Assembly: GCA_964458855.1 (NCBI GenBank)
Contig: CAYWJS010000001.1
Location: 70,906-134,905 of the forward strand
Origin: an uncultured Erysipelotrichia bacterium
Lineage (GTDB): Bacteria; Bacillota_I; Bacilli_A; CAYWJS01
DNA length: 64,000 bases
Reading direction: 5' to 3'
A program made the position numbers and the translations under genes. The notes beneath the pieces are model-generated. The model saw nothing but the letters and a program-made list of their open reading frames with translations, did no database searches and had not been told where the DNA came from. Of this stretch, positions 19,503 through 28,812 are shown in pieces. Numbering within the stretch: the stretch's first letter is position 1; every line of letters begins with the position of its first letter.

Positions 19503-20023
19503 AACAGGTATCTAAATCCTATCGTAATAAGAATACTTGCACCAATTAATATTGCTTTTTTCTCAATAATTTTATAAAGATTTTTTCCTAAATAAAAACC
19601 AAGTAAAGTAAATAAAAAACTTATTAAAGAAAATATAAAAACTATTAAAAAGATATTTATATCAAGTAGCCCCATACCAATTCCTGTGGAAAAACTATCT
19701 AAACTAACAGCAAAGCCAAATAAAAAGGTGTTAAAGTCTTGACTAATTTCCTTGCATTTAAATGAGGTAATTAACATTTGAAACCCAATAATTAAAAATA
19801 TTATACCTGTAATTGCATATGTGTTTAATATTAAATGTTCATCTAACTCATGTCCAATTATTGCCCCAACAATTGGCATAAAAAAGTGAAAAAGTCCTAC
19901 TGTAAGGGAAATTATAAATATTTTTCTTTTATCAAAGTTTAAAGTTCCATACCCTAAACTTGCAGAAAAGGCGTCCATACTAAGGGCAATTGCAATAATA
20001 ACAACTACTAATATATTATTCAT
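19487..20023 (-). CDS. mntP: Manganese efflux pump MntP (DUF204 duplication)
   Basis: 178 aa with six TM helices. Duplicated MDAF/ DSFSTG-type motifs (LSMDAFSASLGYG ... SLDSFSTGIGMG) are present. Confidence 0.75.
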   Translation of the reverse strand: MNNILVVVIIAIALSMDAFSASLGYGTLNFDKRKIFIISLTVGLFHFFMPIVGAIIGHELDEHLILNTYAITGIIFLIIGFQMLITSFKCKEISQDFNTFLFGFAVSLDSFSTGIGMGLLDINIFLIVFIFSLISFLFTLLGFYLGKNLYKIIEKKAILIGASILITIGFRYLLKTLI

Positions 20024-20070
20024 AATATCCTCCTACAACTAGGTTATTACTATAATTAAAAAAACTTGCC

Positions 20071-20598
20071 TTAAAAGAAAATTTTCAATAATTCCTTTAC
20101 CATAAATTTATATTCAACATCATTAGTATTTTCATTAATTTCTATTAAACAAAGCGGAGGAAAAAGCACACACCACCAATTTTTCCCCTCACCTTTTCCA
20201 ATTTTCACAAGAACACTTTCATAATAACCTTCATTGTAAGAAACTCCCATAAATTCTTTTTTAGGAAAATAGTGTTTTCCGTAGGTTATATTGCAACCAC
20301 CATAAAAATTTTCTTCTTCTAATTTAGAATTTACGACCATTTTTAAATAATCTAGATTGTTATTAATTTTTTTTCTTGCTTCATTTATTTCTTTTACATC
20401 TTTAATTAATGAAAAAAGTTCTTTTTGAACCTCATTTTTTACAACTAATTTAATCTTTTGGTCATGTTCTTCATCACTATTTGCAAGAATACGAAGCCTA
20501 ATTGCATCTTTTGGAATAATTATTTTATCTTGGTGTTTTATATCATAAGTAAGGGAAACTACAATTAAAACTACTACTAAAACAATTAGCTTTTTCAT
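20071..20598 (-). CDS. spoIIR: Stage II sporulation protein R-like secreted signalling protein
   Basis: A signal peptide is followed by IRLRILANSDEEHDQKIKL and the C-terminal WWCVLFPPLC motif characteristic of SpoIIR. It lies next to prmC-prfA, as does B. subtilis spoIIR. Confidence 0.6.
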   Translation of the reverse strand: MKKLIVLVVVLIVVSLTYDIKHQDKIIIPKDAIRLRILANSDEEHDQKIKLVVKNEVQKELFSLIKDVKEINEARKKINNNLDYLKMVVNSKLEEENFYGGCNITYGKHYFPKKEFMGVSYNEGYYESVLVKIGKGEGKNWWCVLFPPLCLIEINENTNDVEYKFMVKELLKIFF

Positions 20599-20602
20599 AA
20601 AT

Positions 20603-20633
20603 AAACCACCCCTTAATTTCATTATGGGTGGTT
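20603..20633 (-). terminator. Hairpin (aaaccacccc...gggtggttt) after the prmC stop
   Basis: An inverted repeat plus T-rich flank. Confidence 0.45.
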
Positions 20634-20642
20634 TATTCGTTT

Positions 20643-21500
20643 TTAATCAGTATTTATATCTTTATAAATAAAAACCATTCGATCTCTTCCTTGCATATCT
20701 TTTAAAACTTCATAAGTTGTACTAGGAAGATACTTATGTATAAGTTTAATAATTTCATCTTTTTGAGTAGAACCTATTTCAAATGCAATCATTGCTTTCT
20801 CATTTAAAATTTTTTCTACATTTTTTAAAATAAGCCGATAATATTTTAAGCCATCTTTTCCACCAAAAAGAGCAATATGTGGTTCATTTTCTTTTACTAA
20901 GGCATCAAGTTCTTCATTTTCAGAAATATAGGGTGGATTTGATACAACTATATCAAACTTTTTATTTTTAATGGGTTCAAAAAGATTTCCTACTAAAAAA
21001 TCTACTTTAGTATTTAAACTTTCAGCATTTTTCTTAGCTAATAAAATTGCTTCTTTTGATATATCGGTTCCAATAACTTGAAGTTTTGGTTCTTTTAGCT
21101 TTAAAGTTATTGCAATTACACCCAAACCTGTTCCAATATCAACCAAATTAATTTGTTTGTAATTTTGGAATTTTTTGTTTATTCTTAGCAATATGTTTTC
21201 TACAAGTTCCTCAGTTTCAAAACGGGGAATTAAAACATTTTTATTTACCGTAAACTTATAACCATAAAATATTACATTACCAACAATATATTGAAGTGGT
21301 TCTCCTAAAACAAAGCGCTTTAACCATGACTTATATTTTTGAATTTCCTTTTTTTCTATTTTTCTTTCCATATTATTAATAAGCCATGTACTATCTTTTT
21401 TAAGTACTTCCATTAAAAAAATACGAGCAGCTTGTTCTTCTTTATTGTGTTCTTTTAAGTAATGAGTCCCGTAATTTAATAATTCTTTAACACTTTTCAT
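20643..21500 (-). CDS. prmC: Release factor glutamine N5-methyltransferase PrmC (HemK)
   Basis: SAM-binding motifs [11 protein letters not shown] and NPPY (VVSNPPYI) are present. It overlaps the prfA stop. Confidence 0.85.
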   Translation of the reverse strand: MKSVKELLNYGTHYLKEHNKEEQAARIFLMEVLKKDSTWLINNMERKIEKKEIQKYKSWLKRFVLGEPLQYIVGNVIFYGYKFTVNKNVLIPRFETEELVENILLRINKKFQNYKQINLVDIGTGLGVIAITLKLKEPKLQVIGTDISKEAILLAKKNAESLNTKVDFLVGNLFEPIKNKKFDIVVSNPPYISENEELDALVKENEPHIALFGGKDGLKYYRLILKNVEKILNEKAMIAFEIGSTQKDEIIKLIHKYLPSTTYEVLKDMQGRDRMVFIYKDINTD

Positions 21501-22566
21501 TGTAATAGTGCTCCAATTTCTCTTTTTGTTCTTGCTCCATTAAAGCTTCAACAATAGGGTCCAGTTTTCCTTCCATAATACGATCTAATTGGTTTAAAGT
21601 AAGACCAATACGGTGATCAGTAACCCTATTTTGAGGGAAATTATAAGTCCTTATTTTCTCAGAACGATCCCCTGTTCCAAGCTTAGATTTTCTTTCAGCA
21701 CTTATTTTTTCTTGTTGTTTTCTAAGTTCTTCTTCATAAAGTCTTGCCCGTAAAATATTCATTGCTGTTTTTCTATTTGCAATTTGACTTCTTTCGTTTT
21801 GGCTAGTGACAACAACTCCTGTTGGAATATGAGTAATTCGAACAGCGCTATCTGTTGTATTTACTGATTGCCCTCCTGCACCACTACTTCTATAAGTATC
21901 AATAACCAGGTCGTTTTCATCAATATGAATATCAATTTCTTCTACTTCTGGCATTACTAAAACAGTAGCTGTTGAAGTATGCACCCGCCCTTGTGATTCT
22001 GTTTCAGGTACACGTTGAACTCGATGGGCACCACTTTCATGTTTTAGCTTTGAATACACACCTTTTCCTATAATTTTAAATTCAATTTGACTAAAACCAC
22101 CTATTGCTGATGGGGTAGCATTAATAATTTCAATTTTCCATCCTTGATCTAAAGCATAATTGTGATACATTTGATAAAGATCGCCAGCAAAAAGATTTGC
22201 TTCATCCCCACCAGCAGCTCCTCTAATCTCCATTATTACATTTTTTTCATCATTTGGATCTTTTGGAAGAAGCATATTTTTTAATTCTTGCTCAACTTTT
22301 ACTTTTTTCTCTTCTAATGCTTTTATTTCTTCTTCCGCTATTTCTTTTAATTCTGGATCATTAATAATTTCTTTAGTGTTTTTTATTTCCTCTTCAATTT
22401 TTTCAAACTCTTCATATTTTAAAGCGATTTCTCTTATTTCATTTTGTTCTTTTGAAAGTTCTTTTATTTTGTTAGGATTATTAATTACTTCAGGCTCTGT
22501 AAGTATTTCATTTATTTCGTTATATCTTTTCTTTAAATTTTCTAACTTTTTAAACATTTGTTTCAC
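21487..22566 (-). CDS. prfA: Peptide chain release factor 1
   Basis: The RF1 tripeptide PET ([17 protein letters not shown]) and the GGQ motif are present. Confidence 0.95.
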   Translation of the reverse strand: MKQMFKKLENLKKRYNEINEILTEPEVINNPNKIKELSKEQNEIREIALKYEEFEKIEEEIKNTKEIINDPELKEIAEEEIKALEEKKVKVEQELKNMLLPKDPNDEKNVIMEIRGAAGGDEANLFAGDLYQMYHNYALDQGWKIEIINATPSAIGGFSQIEFKIIGKGVYSKLKHESGAHRVQRVPETESQGRVHTSTATVLVMPEVEEIDIHIDENDLVIDTYRSSGAGGQSVNTTDSAVRITHIPTGVVVTSQNERSQIANRKTAMNILRARLYEEELRKQQEKISAERKSKLGTGDRSEKIRTYNFPQNRVTDHRIGLTLNQLDRIMEGKLDPIVEALMEQEQKEKLEHYYNEKC

Positions 22567-22586
22567 CTCAATTGTTTAGCAAAGTA

Positions 22587-22613
22587 AATGGATAAACATA
22601 ATGCTTATCCATT
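22587..22613 (-). terminator. Hairpin (aaatggataa...ttatccattt) after the small membrane protein gene
   Basis: An inverted repeat plus a T-run. Confidence 0.45.
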
Positions 22614-22934
22614 TTAAATTACATTAAAATATTTCAGTAAGAAATATATGCCAAGTCCGATTAGTCCTATAAATACTATTGAACTTACGATATGTTTAAT
22701 TACTAACAATACTTTCTTTTCAAATAATTTATAGTCTACTTCTTTTTTTTCTTCTAATTTTTTTTCTTTGATCGATTTTAAAATTCTTTCTCTTATTTCT
22801 TCTTCAGATGCTGGGCCAGGAGGAGTTGTTGTTTCTTTTTCAATAGTATTTTCTCCATTAATGTCTTCTTCTACATTATCTACTAATTCAACATCATTTT
22901 CTAACTTTTCATTTTCCATTTTTTCTTCACTCAT
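22614..22934 (-). CDS. Hypothetical tail-anchored membrane protein with an acidic N-terminal domain (106 aa)
   Basis: An E/D-rich N-terminal 75 aa is followed by a single C-terminal TM helix (LLVIKHIVSSIVFIGLIGLGIYFLL). Confidence 0.4.
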   Translation of the reverse strand: MSEEKMENEKLENDVELVDNVEEDINGENTIEKETTTPPGPASEEEIRERILKSIKEKKLEEKKEVDYKLFEKKVLLVIKHIVSSIVFIGLIGLGIYFLLKYFNVI

Positions 22935-22989
22935 TTTTATCTCCTCTTTTCATCATACAAATATTTTAACACAAATAATATAGAAAAAA

Positions 22990-23010
22990 AAAGAGCTTGG
23001 CTCTTTTTTA
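22990..23010 (-). terminator. Hairpin (aaaagagcttggctctttt) at the rpmE stop
   Basis: An inverted repeat plus a T-run. Confidence 0.5.
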
Positions 23011-23217
23011 TTCATTTTCTTGTATACCATATTTTTGATGGAATTGTTCAATTCGACCTTTTTTAACTCCACCCTTTTGCTTTCCTGTATAAAATGGATG
23101 GCAATTTGAACACACTTCAATAGTAATATCTTTTACTGTTGAATCAACTTCAAAGGTATTACCACATGCACATGTTACTGTTGTTTTATGTGTTTCTGGA
23201 TGAATTCCTTTTTTCAT
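23008..23217 (-). CDS. rpmE: 50S ribosomal protein L31
   Basis: [27 protein letters not shown]...[13 protein letters not shown]. The start is at the ATG preceded by a GGGAGAG RBS. The ORF-track extension was rejected. Confidence 0.9.
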   Translation of the reverse strand: MKKGIHPETHKTTVTCACGNTFEVDSTVKDITIEVCSNCHPFYTGKQKGGVKKGRIEQFHQKYGIQENE

Positions 23218-23268
23218 TGTTATCTCTCCCTTCGCCATGAATAACTTTTTAGTCATAGTAGATTGCTT

Positions 23269-23910
23269 TTATATTATATCATGCTCAAGCTTTTTTTCAA
23301 GTTCATTTTTATAAGTTTTAATTTCTTTGTTTATAGGTTTATCTAATACTTGATGGCAACGCCTGCACCTTGCTTCATATGCCTCAAGAGCACCAACTAA
23401 AATAATTTCATCATAGTAAGATGCGGGTTTGCCGTTAATTAATCTTTGTGTTCTTGTTGCCTCGTCCCCACAAACAGCACAAATTGCTGTTAGTTTATCA
23501 ACTTTTTCGGCATGTGATAAAAGTTCTGGCATTATACCAAATGGTTCACCCCGAAAATCTTTATCGAGTCCTGTTAAAATTACTCTGATTCCTAAATCTG
23601 CCAAAAAATCTACAATTGGAACAAGGTTTTTATCAAAAAATTGTGCCTCATCTATTGCAACAACTTCAACATCACAAGTTAAATAATTTAAAATTTCTTT
23701 TGCTGAACTTACTGAGTAACTGTTAACGTTTGTACCATTATGAGATACAATTTTTTCTGAATCATAACGATTATCAATTTTCGGTTTAAATACTAAGTAC
23801 TTAGTTTTAGCATAATCAAGTCTTCTTAGTCTTCTTAATAATTCTTCAGTTTTTCCTGCAAACATGCACCCACAAATAATTTCAATATGACCTTTCTTAT
23901 TACTACTCAT
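23269..23910 (-). CDS. tdk: Thymidine kinase
   Basis: The P-loop GCMFAGKTEEL and the zinc ribbon CxxC...CxxC (CAVCGDEATRTQR, CRRCH) are present. The start was chosen at MSSNKKGHIEI, which has a strong RBS. Confidence 0.9.
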   Translation of the reverse strand: MSSNKKGHIEIICGCMFAGKTEELLRRLRRLDYAKTKYLVFKPKIDNRYDSEKIVSHNGTNVNSYSVSSAKEILNYLTCDVEVVAIDEAQFFDKNLVPIVDFLADLGIRVILTGLDKDFRGEPFGIMPELLSHAEKVDKLTAICAVCGDEATRTQRLINGKPASYYDEIILVGALEAYEARCRRCHQVLDKPINKEIKTYKNELEKKLEHDII

Positions 23911-23960
23911 TTTTCTTTCTCCCCACACAAATTATAACAAAAAAGTACGTAGCACTTCAA

Positions 23961-24686
23961 TCATTTTTCAATAATTTCTGTTTGAATTAAATTTATTAAG
24001 AGTTCTCCTATTTTATTATATCCTTCTAAGCTAGGATGAACATCTTCTGGGTTTGGTAAATATAACGTGTTTTCACGAAATACTTCATAAATATTTAAAA
24101 AATAAACATCTGTTTCTTCTGCAACTTCTTTCATCGTTTCATTTGCATAATCAAAAATAGGTTCAAGGTTATAACTATAAATTTGAATTGAATTTGGAAA
24201 TGGATTGTAATAACCTACTAAAATTATAGTAGCATTACTATAGTTTTTAATTTTATTTATAACTTCTATCAAGTTATATTTTATTTCATCAATTATTACA
24301 TATATTTTTTCTTTACTATTATAATCATGTTCATAATTTAAGACTTTTTTAAAAAAATCATTTGCACCAATTGAAAGTGTAATTAAATTTGCATGCCTTA
24401 AAGCATCTTTTAAATATATTGGTGTATTGTTAATTATTATCTTTTGATTATTTTCAATATTTAAAATTAAATTTTTAATTGTTTGACCACTTTCTGCAAA
24501 ATCATTAGTATAAAACTTTAATACTCCTTCTTCTTTTAAATAGTTTGCAACATAATCTGAATAACTTTTATCTATCTCACCATAAGGAGTTTGACCTTTT
24601 GCAATTGAATCTCCTAATGCAAGATAATAAAACTCATGCTTTCTATATTTCTGATAAATAAATACCAAAAAAATTAGTAAGACCAC
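23961..24686 (-). CDS. SGNH/GDSL-family hydrolase (lipase/acylesterase-like), membrane anchored
   Basis: An N-terminal TM helix and a GDS block (LALGDSIAKG) are present. The second and third blocks are plausible (LSIGANDF ... DVHPSLEGYNKI). Confidence 0.6.
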   Translation of the reverse strand: MVLLIFLVFIYQKYRKHEFYYLALGDSIAKGQTPYGEIDKSYSDYVANYLKEEGVLKFYTNDFAESGQTIKNLILNIENNQKIIINNTPIYLKDALRHANLITLSIGANDFFKKVLNYEHDYNSKEKIYVIIDEIKYNLIEVINKIKNYSNATIILVGYYNPFPNSIQIYSYNLEPIFDYANETMKEVAEETDVYFLNIYEVFRENTLYLPNPEDVHPSLEGYNKIGELLINLIQTEIIEK

Positions 24687-24751
24687 TGCAATAATTACTT
24701 TCTTTATAGTATCACCTCACTAAAATAAAAAGGGATTATACTCCCTATTTA

Positions 24752-25999
24752 TTATTCTACCTTTATTTTGACCCCAATATTAGTCAATTTTTCCTCTATT
24801 TTTTCATACCCTCTAAAAATATGTTCACTGTTTAATATTGTGGTTACACCTTCTGCGATTAGAGCTGCTAAAACAAGTGATGCCCCTGCTCTTAGATCAG
24901 TTGCAACAACTTCTGCCCCCTTTAATTTTGTTGGGCCAACTACTTTAATAGTCTGATCTATAACCTCTATATTTGCTCCCATATTATTCAAGTATCCAAC
25001 ATGTTTAAAACGATCTGAATAAATTGTTTCGGTAATGCTACTTACACCTTTAGCTTGAGTAAGCAAAGTTGTAAGAGGTTGTTGTAGATCCGTTGGAAAT
25101 CCTGGATATACTTCAGTTTTAGCATCTATGTTTTTTAAGTTTTCTGCTTTTTTTACAATAAACTTATCTTCATAAGTTTCTATTGAAGCATCCATTTCTT
25201 TTAATTTTGTAACAAGTGCTTTATTGTGTTCTGGAATAACATTACTAATTATAAGTTTTTCTGCTGCCAAAGCACCAGCAATAATATAAGTTCCTGTTTC
25301 AATTCTATCTGGTACCACTTTATGTGTGCAACCCTTTAGGTTTTTAACACCCACTATTGTAATTTTTTCTGTTCCTGCTCCTTCAATATTAGCACCCATT
25401 TTATTAAGCATTGTTGCAACATCAACTATTTCTGGTTCTTTTGCTGCATTATTAATAACAGTTGTTCCTTCTGCTAAAGTTGCAGCAAGCATAATATTAA
25501 TTGTTGCTCCAACACTTGCAATATCTAAATCTATTTTTGCACCTTTTAACTTTTTTGCTTCCAAATGATAAATATCTCCATCTACTTTAACTTCTGCACC
25601 TAACGCTTCAAAGCCTTTAAGATGTTGATCAATTGGACGCGGTCCTAAATAGCACCCACCCGGAAAACCAATAACAGCTTTTTTATATTTTCCAAGAAGA
25701 GCACCCATAAAATAATATGAAGCACGTAAAGCTCGTACATGATCATCGAGAATATCCTTATTTTTTAAGTTTTTAGTATCAATTTTCATTGTGTGACCAT
25801 TTTTCCATACATCAACATCTAAATAAATTAGCATTTCTTTTAAAGTTTCTACATCCGATATTTCCGGAAGATTAGTAAGTTCAACTACTCCATCTGCTAA
25901 AATGGATGCTGGAATTAAAGCAACGGCGCTATTTTTGGCACCACCAATCTTAACTTCTCCATTTAAAACGTTGTTTCCTTCAATTATAATTTTTGTCAT
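24752..25999 (-). CDS. murA: UDP-N-acetylglucosamine 1-carboxyvinyltransferase
   Basis: 415 aa with MurA/EPSP-synthase-fold motifs (KIGGAKNSAVALIPASILA, catalytic Cys in GFPGGCYLGPRPIDQH). Confidence 0.95.
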   Translation of the reverse strand: MTKIIIEGNNVLNGEVKIGGAKNSAVALIPASILADGVVELTNLPEISDVETLKEMLIYLDVDVWKNGHTMKIDTKNLKNKDILDDHVRALRASYYFMGALLGKYKKAVIGFPGGCYLGPRPIDQHLKGFEALGAEVKVDGDIYHLEAKKLKGAKIDLDIASVGATINIMLAATLAEGTTVINNAAKEPEIVDVATMLNKMGANIEGAGTEKITIVGVKNLKGCTHKVVPDRIETGTYIIAGALAAEKLIISNVIPEHNKALVTKLKEMDASIETYEDKFIVKKAENLKNIDAKTEVYPGFPTDLQQPLTTLLTQAKGVSSITETIYSDRFKHVGYLNNMGANIEVIDQTIKVVGPTKLKGAEVVATDLRAGASLVLAALIAEGVTTILNSEHIFRGYEKIEEKLTNIGVKIKVE

Positions 26000-26028
26000 T
26001 TTCGTACCCCTTCAATATATTATAATTT

Positions 26029-26880
26029 TTATTTTTTATTTTGTGACCCAAATAAAATTATTTTTTCTTTTACTTTTTCTTCTATTGCCTTTTTACCATG
26101 TATATTAATTTTTCTTGGATCATATTCTTTTTCTTCTGTATTTAAAAATTTGCGGATTGCTTGTGTCCATGCAATTTGATTTTCAGTATTAACATTAATT
26201 TTTGTAGTTCCGCATTTAATTGCTTTTTTAATATCTTCATCACTTAATCCTGTTGCACCATGCAAAACTAAAGGAAGATTTGTTATTTCACTAATTTCTT
26301 TCATTTTATCAAAACCAAGCTTTGGTTCGTTTTTGTAAAGCCCGTGTACTGTTCCAAGAGCTGGTGCAAGAGCATCAATATTTGCTTCTTTTGTAATTTT
26401 TAGTGAGTCTTCTAAAGTTGCATATTTAATATTTCCAATAATATCATCTTCGCTTCCTCCAATAACACCAACCTCTGCTTCAACAGAAACTCCTCTTGGG
26501 TGAGCGTATGATACAACTTCTTTTGTGATTTTAATATTTTCATCTATTGGATATTTAGAGCCATCAATCATAACTGATGTAAAACCACTATCAATTGCTT
26601 TTTTACATATCTCAAACGATGAACCATGATCAAGATGAAGAGCAACTGGAATGGTAATATTTAAATCTAAAATTAACCCTTCTACCATCTTAAAAACTGT
26701 ATTAAAACCACCCATATATCTTGCAGCACTTTCTGATACTCCTAAAATTACTGGACTTTTCAATTCTTCACTTGCTAAAAGAATTGCTTGTGCAAATTCA
26801 AGGTTATTAATGTTGAACTGTCCTATTGCATATTTTCCTTTTTTTGCATCTAACAACATTTCTTTTGTTGATACTAACAT
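26029..26880 (-). CDS. fba: Class II fructose-1,6-bisphosphate aldolase
   Basis: [10 protein letters not shown] and [18 protein letters not shown] are typical of FbaA. Confidence 0.9.
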   Translation of the reverse strand: MLVSTKEMLLDAKKGKYAIGQFNINNLEFAQAILLASEELKSPVILGVSESAARYMGGFNTVFKMVEGLILDLNITIPVALHLDHGSSFEICKKAIDSGFTSVMIDGSKYPIDENIKITKEVVSYAHPRGVSVEAEVGVIGGSEDDIIGNIKYATLEDSLKITKEANIDALAPALGTVHGLYKNEPKLGFDKMKEISEITNLPLVLHGATGLSDEDIKKAIKCGTTKINVNTENQIAWTQAIRKFLNTEEKEYDPRKINIHGKKAIEEKVKEKIILFGSQNKK

Positions 26881-26892
26881 ACAAACTCCCCT

Positions 26893-27762
26893 TTATTCAA
26901 ATAATAAATCTAACTCTTTCTTGCTTGGTTCGTTTCCAAAACCAAATATTTCTGTTAAATCAAAAATATACCATTCTTTTGTATAAACCATTTTATAATT
27001 GCTTGTAACATTTTCTTGTAAATAAATATGATATTTATCTAGTTCTGCCGGTTTAAATAATAAACTAACATGTTCAAATGAATTAGTGCCAGGAACATTG
27101 ACTATTGCATAATCACTATCCATACCTTTATAACCTACTAAAATTAATGAAGATGACTCAGTTTTTACTTTTGTACTTATATAGTAAATATGTCCTGGAG
27201 TTAAAGATTCTGTTAAATATTTAAAGTTAAAAAATTGAACATTAGGTAAATATGATTGAATGTTTCCTTCTACATCTTTTGTTGTGGTAGTAGTCATTAT
27301 AAATTTATCTGCAATTTTATCATTATTTTCATCAACCATACTTCCATATCCTTGTAATAAATCATCGCTAAATAAAACTGTTTTAGAAGCAAATTTGTCA
27401 CAGATTAATTTTGCTAAATAGCGATATTTTACTCCCCCAATATATTTAACTTGTACTTGTGATGTCATCTCACAAGGTTTTTTACTACGCGGGTCAACTA
27501 TTTCTTTTTTTATATATCCTGTATCAAATAAAGTTTTTAAAGTAACTGTTTGATATTCAAGTGGGTCTGTTGTTAAGAAACCTTTATCTGAAAAATAATT
27601 TTCAGCAGCACTAATAAATAATTTTTCGCTTTCTTCAAATGCCCTTTTTTGTTGTTCAGCAATAATATTTGTTGACAGCGGAATAATTATTGCTATTACC
27701 ATTGCCAAAATAAAAAGAGCTGTGATTAATTCCAGTACTGTAAATCCTCGAGTTTTATTCAT
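26893..27762 (-). CDS. Prepilin-type pseudopilin-like protein with an extended C-terminal domain (paralog P2)
   Basis: The N-terminus MNKTRG^FTVLELITALFILAMVIAII is followed by a ComGC/GspG-like core (AAENYFSDKG...LFDTGYIKKEIVDP...C). The C-terminal tail motif DLTEIFGFGNEPSKKELD is shared with P3. The gene sits 12 bp upstream of fba. Confidence 0.5.
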   Translation of the reverse strand: MNKTRGFTVLELITALFILAMVIAIIIPLSTNIIAEQQKRAFEESEKLFISAAENYFSDKGFLTTDPLEYQTVTLKTLFDTGYIKKEIVDPRSKKPCEMTSQVQVKYIGGVKYRYLAKLICDKFASKTVLFSDDLLQGYGSMVDENNDKIADKFIMTTTTTKDVEGNIQSYLPNVQFFNFKYLTESLTPGHIYYISTKVKTESSSLILVGYKGMDSDYAIVNVPGTNSFEHVSLLFKPAELDKYHIYLQENVTSNYKMVYTKEWYIFDLTEIFGFGNEPSKKELDLLFE

Positions 27763-27815
27763 TTAATCACCTCATTGCTATTTTTATATTAGCATTTATT
27801 AACTTAAAAGTAAAC

Positions 27816-27840
27816 AAAAAGGACAGCTTTTGCTGTCCTT
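27816..27840 (-). terminator. Hairpin (aaggacagc-tttt-gctgtcctt) at the rpoE stop
   Basis: A 9-bp inverted repeat plus T-rich flank. Confidence 0.55.
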
Positions 27841-28267
27841 ATTCTAAGTCTTTTTCATCAATAAAAATCAAGTCTTTTAAGTCATCATCTTCTGCTTCGT
27901 CATCTTCATCATCAGAAATTTCAGTAATTCCTAAAAGTTCTTCTTCCTCTTCTTCCTCTAGTTCTTCTTCAATGTCTTCATCAATAAATTCTTCTAATTC
28001 AAAATCGCTGTAATCTGGATTTGCAAATTGGAAAGTATGTCGTTCTCTTAAATCCCATTTTGTATCAGGCAGTATTACAAAACGTCCATCCATTGTTAGA
28101 TTAGTATAAAATTGTGCCATTTTATTATTATCAGAAAGATTTGCAATTTTTATCACTTTATTAAATAAAGTGATAAAATCTAGTGGTTCAGAACTTTCTT
28201 TTAAAACATTATAAGCAATATCAATTAAAGATAAATCTTGCATATTATTTTGGCTACTATTATTCAT
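27839..28267 (-). CDS. rpoE: DNA-directed RNA polymerase delta subunit
   Basis: An N-terminal HARE-HTH-like domain (LSLIDIAYNVL...) and a highly acidic D/E C-terminal tail are diagnostic of RpoE (delta). Confidence 0.8.
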   Translation of the reverse strand: MNNSSQNNMQDLSLIDIAYNVLKESSEPLDFITLFNKVIKIANLSDNNKMAQFYTNLTMDGRFVILPDTKWDLRERHTFQFANPDYSDFELEEFIDEDIEEELEEEEEEELLGITEISDDEDDEAEDDDLKDLIFIDEKDLE

Positions 28268-28318
28268 TTTACTCCTCCATTAAATCTATACTAAGTTATT
28301 ATATTATATATTTTTTAT

Positions 28319-28699
28319 TTAAAATACAAGTTTTAATTTAAAAGAACCTTGTTTTTCTTGAATAAGAAATAATTCATAATCTATTTTAATAATTCCTGCT
28401 TTAAAGTCAACTTCTAAATTTTTAGTTTTTATTATAATATCTAAATTTAAATCAAACTCTTTCAAATAATAATTTCCATTTGTTATTTCATTTTTATTAA
28501 AAGTCATATTCATCTTAAATTCATCATTTTCGCGAAATATTTCAAGTGTATTATTTACATCTTTTAATATTACACTTGTTTTTGTTTGCTCAAAATAATT
28601 TATTATTTTATTTTCTTTATCAACATTTCCAATTACTTCATAGCTTTTTAAATGTTCGTTTTCTAAATCCTTAATATATACTTGTATTTTCTTTTCCAT
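28319..28699 (-). CDS. Hypothetical protein (126 aa), possibly a DUF1934/YwiB-like beta-barrel
   Basis: An intact ORF with RBS-compatible context. The sequence is only weakly diagnostic. Confidence 0.35.
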   Translation of the reverse strand: MEKKIQVYIKDLENEHLKSYEVIGNVDKENKIINYFEQTKTSVILKDVNNTLEIFRENDEFKMNMTFNKNEITNGNYYLKEFDLNLDIIIKTKNLEVDFKAGIIKIDYELFLIQEKQGSFKLKLVF

Positions 28700-28812
28700 A
28701 ATAATCTCTCTTTTTTATATCGCAATTATAGCACTATCTATTATTTTTTTCCACTTATAATTTAGTTTTTTTTAATCATAATAATTTTTGTAGAAGATGA
28801 GGAGGCAAAACC

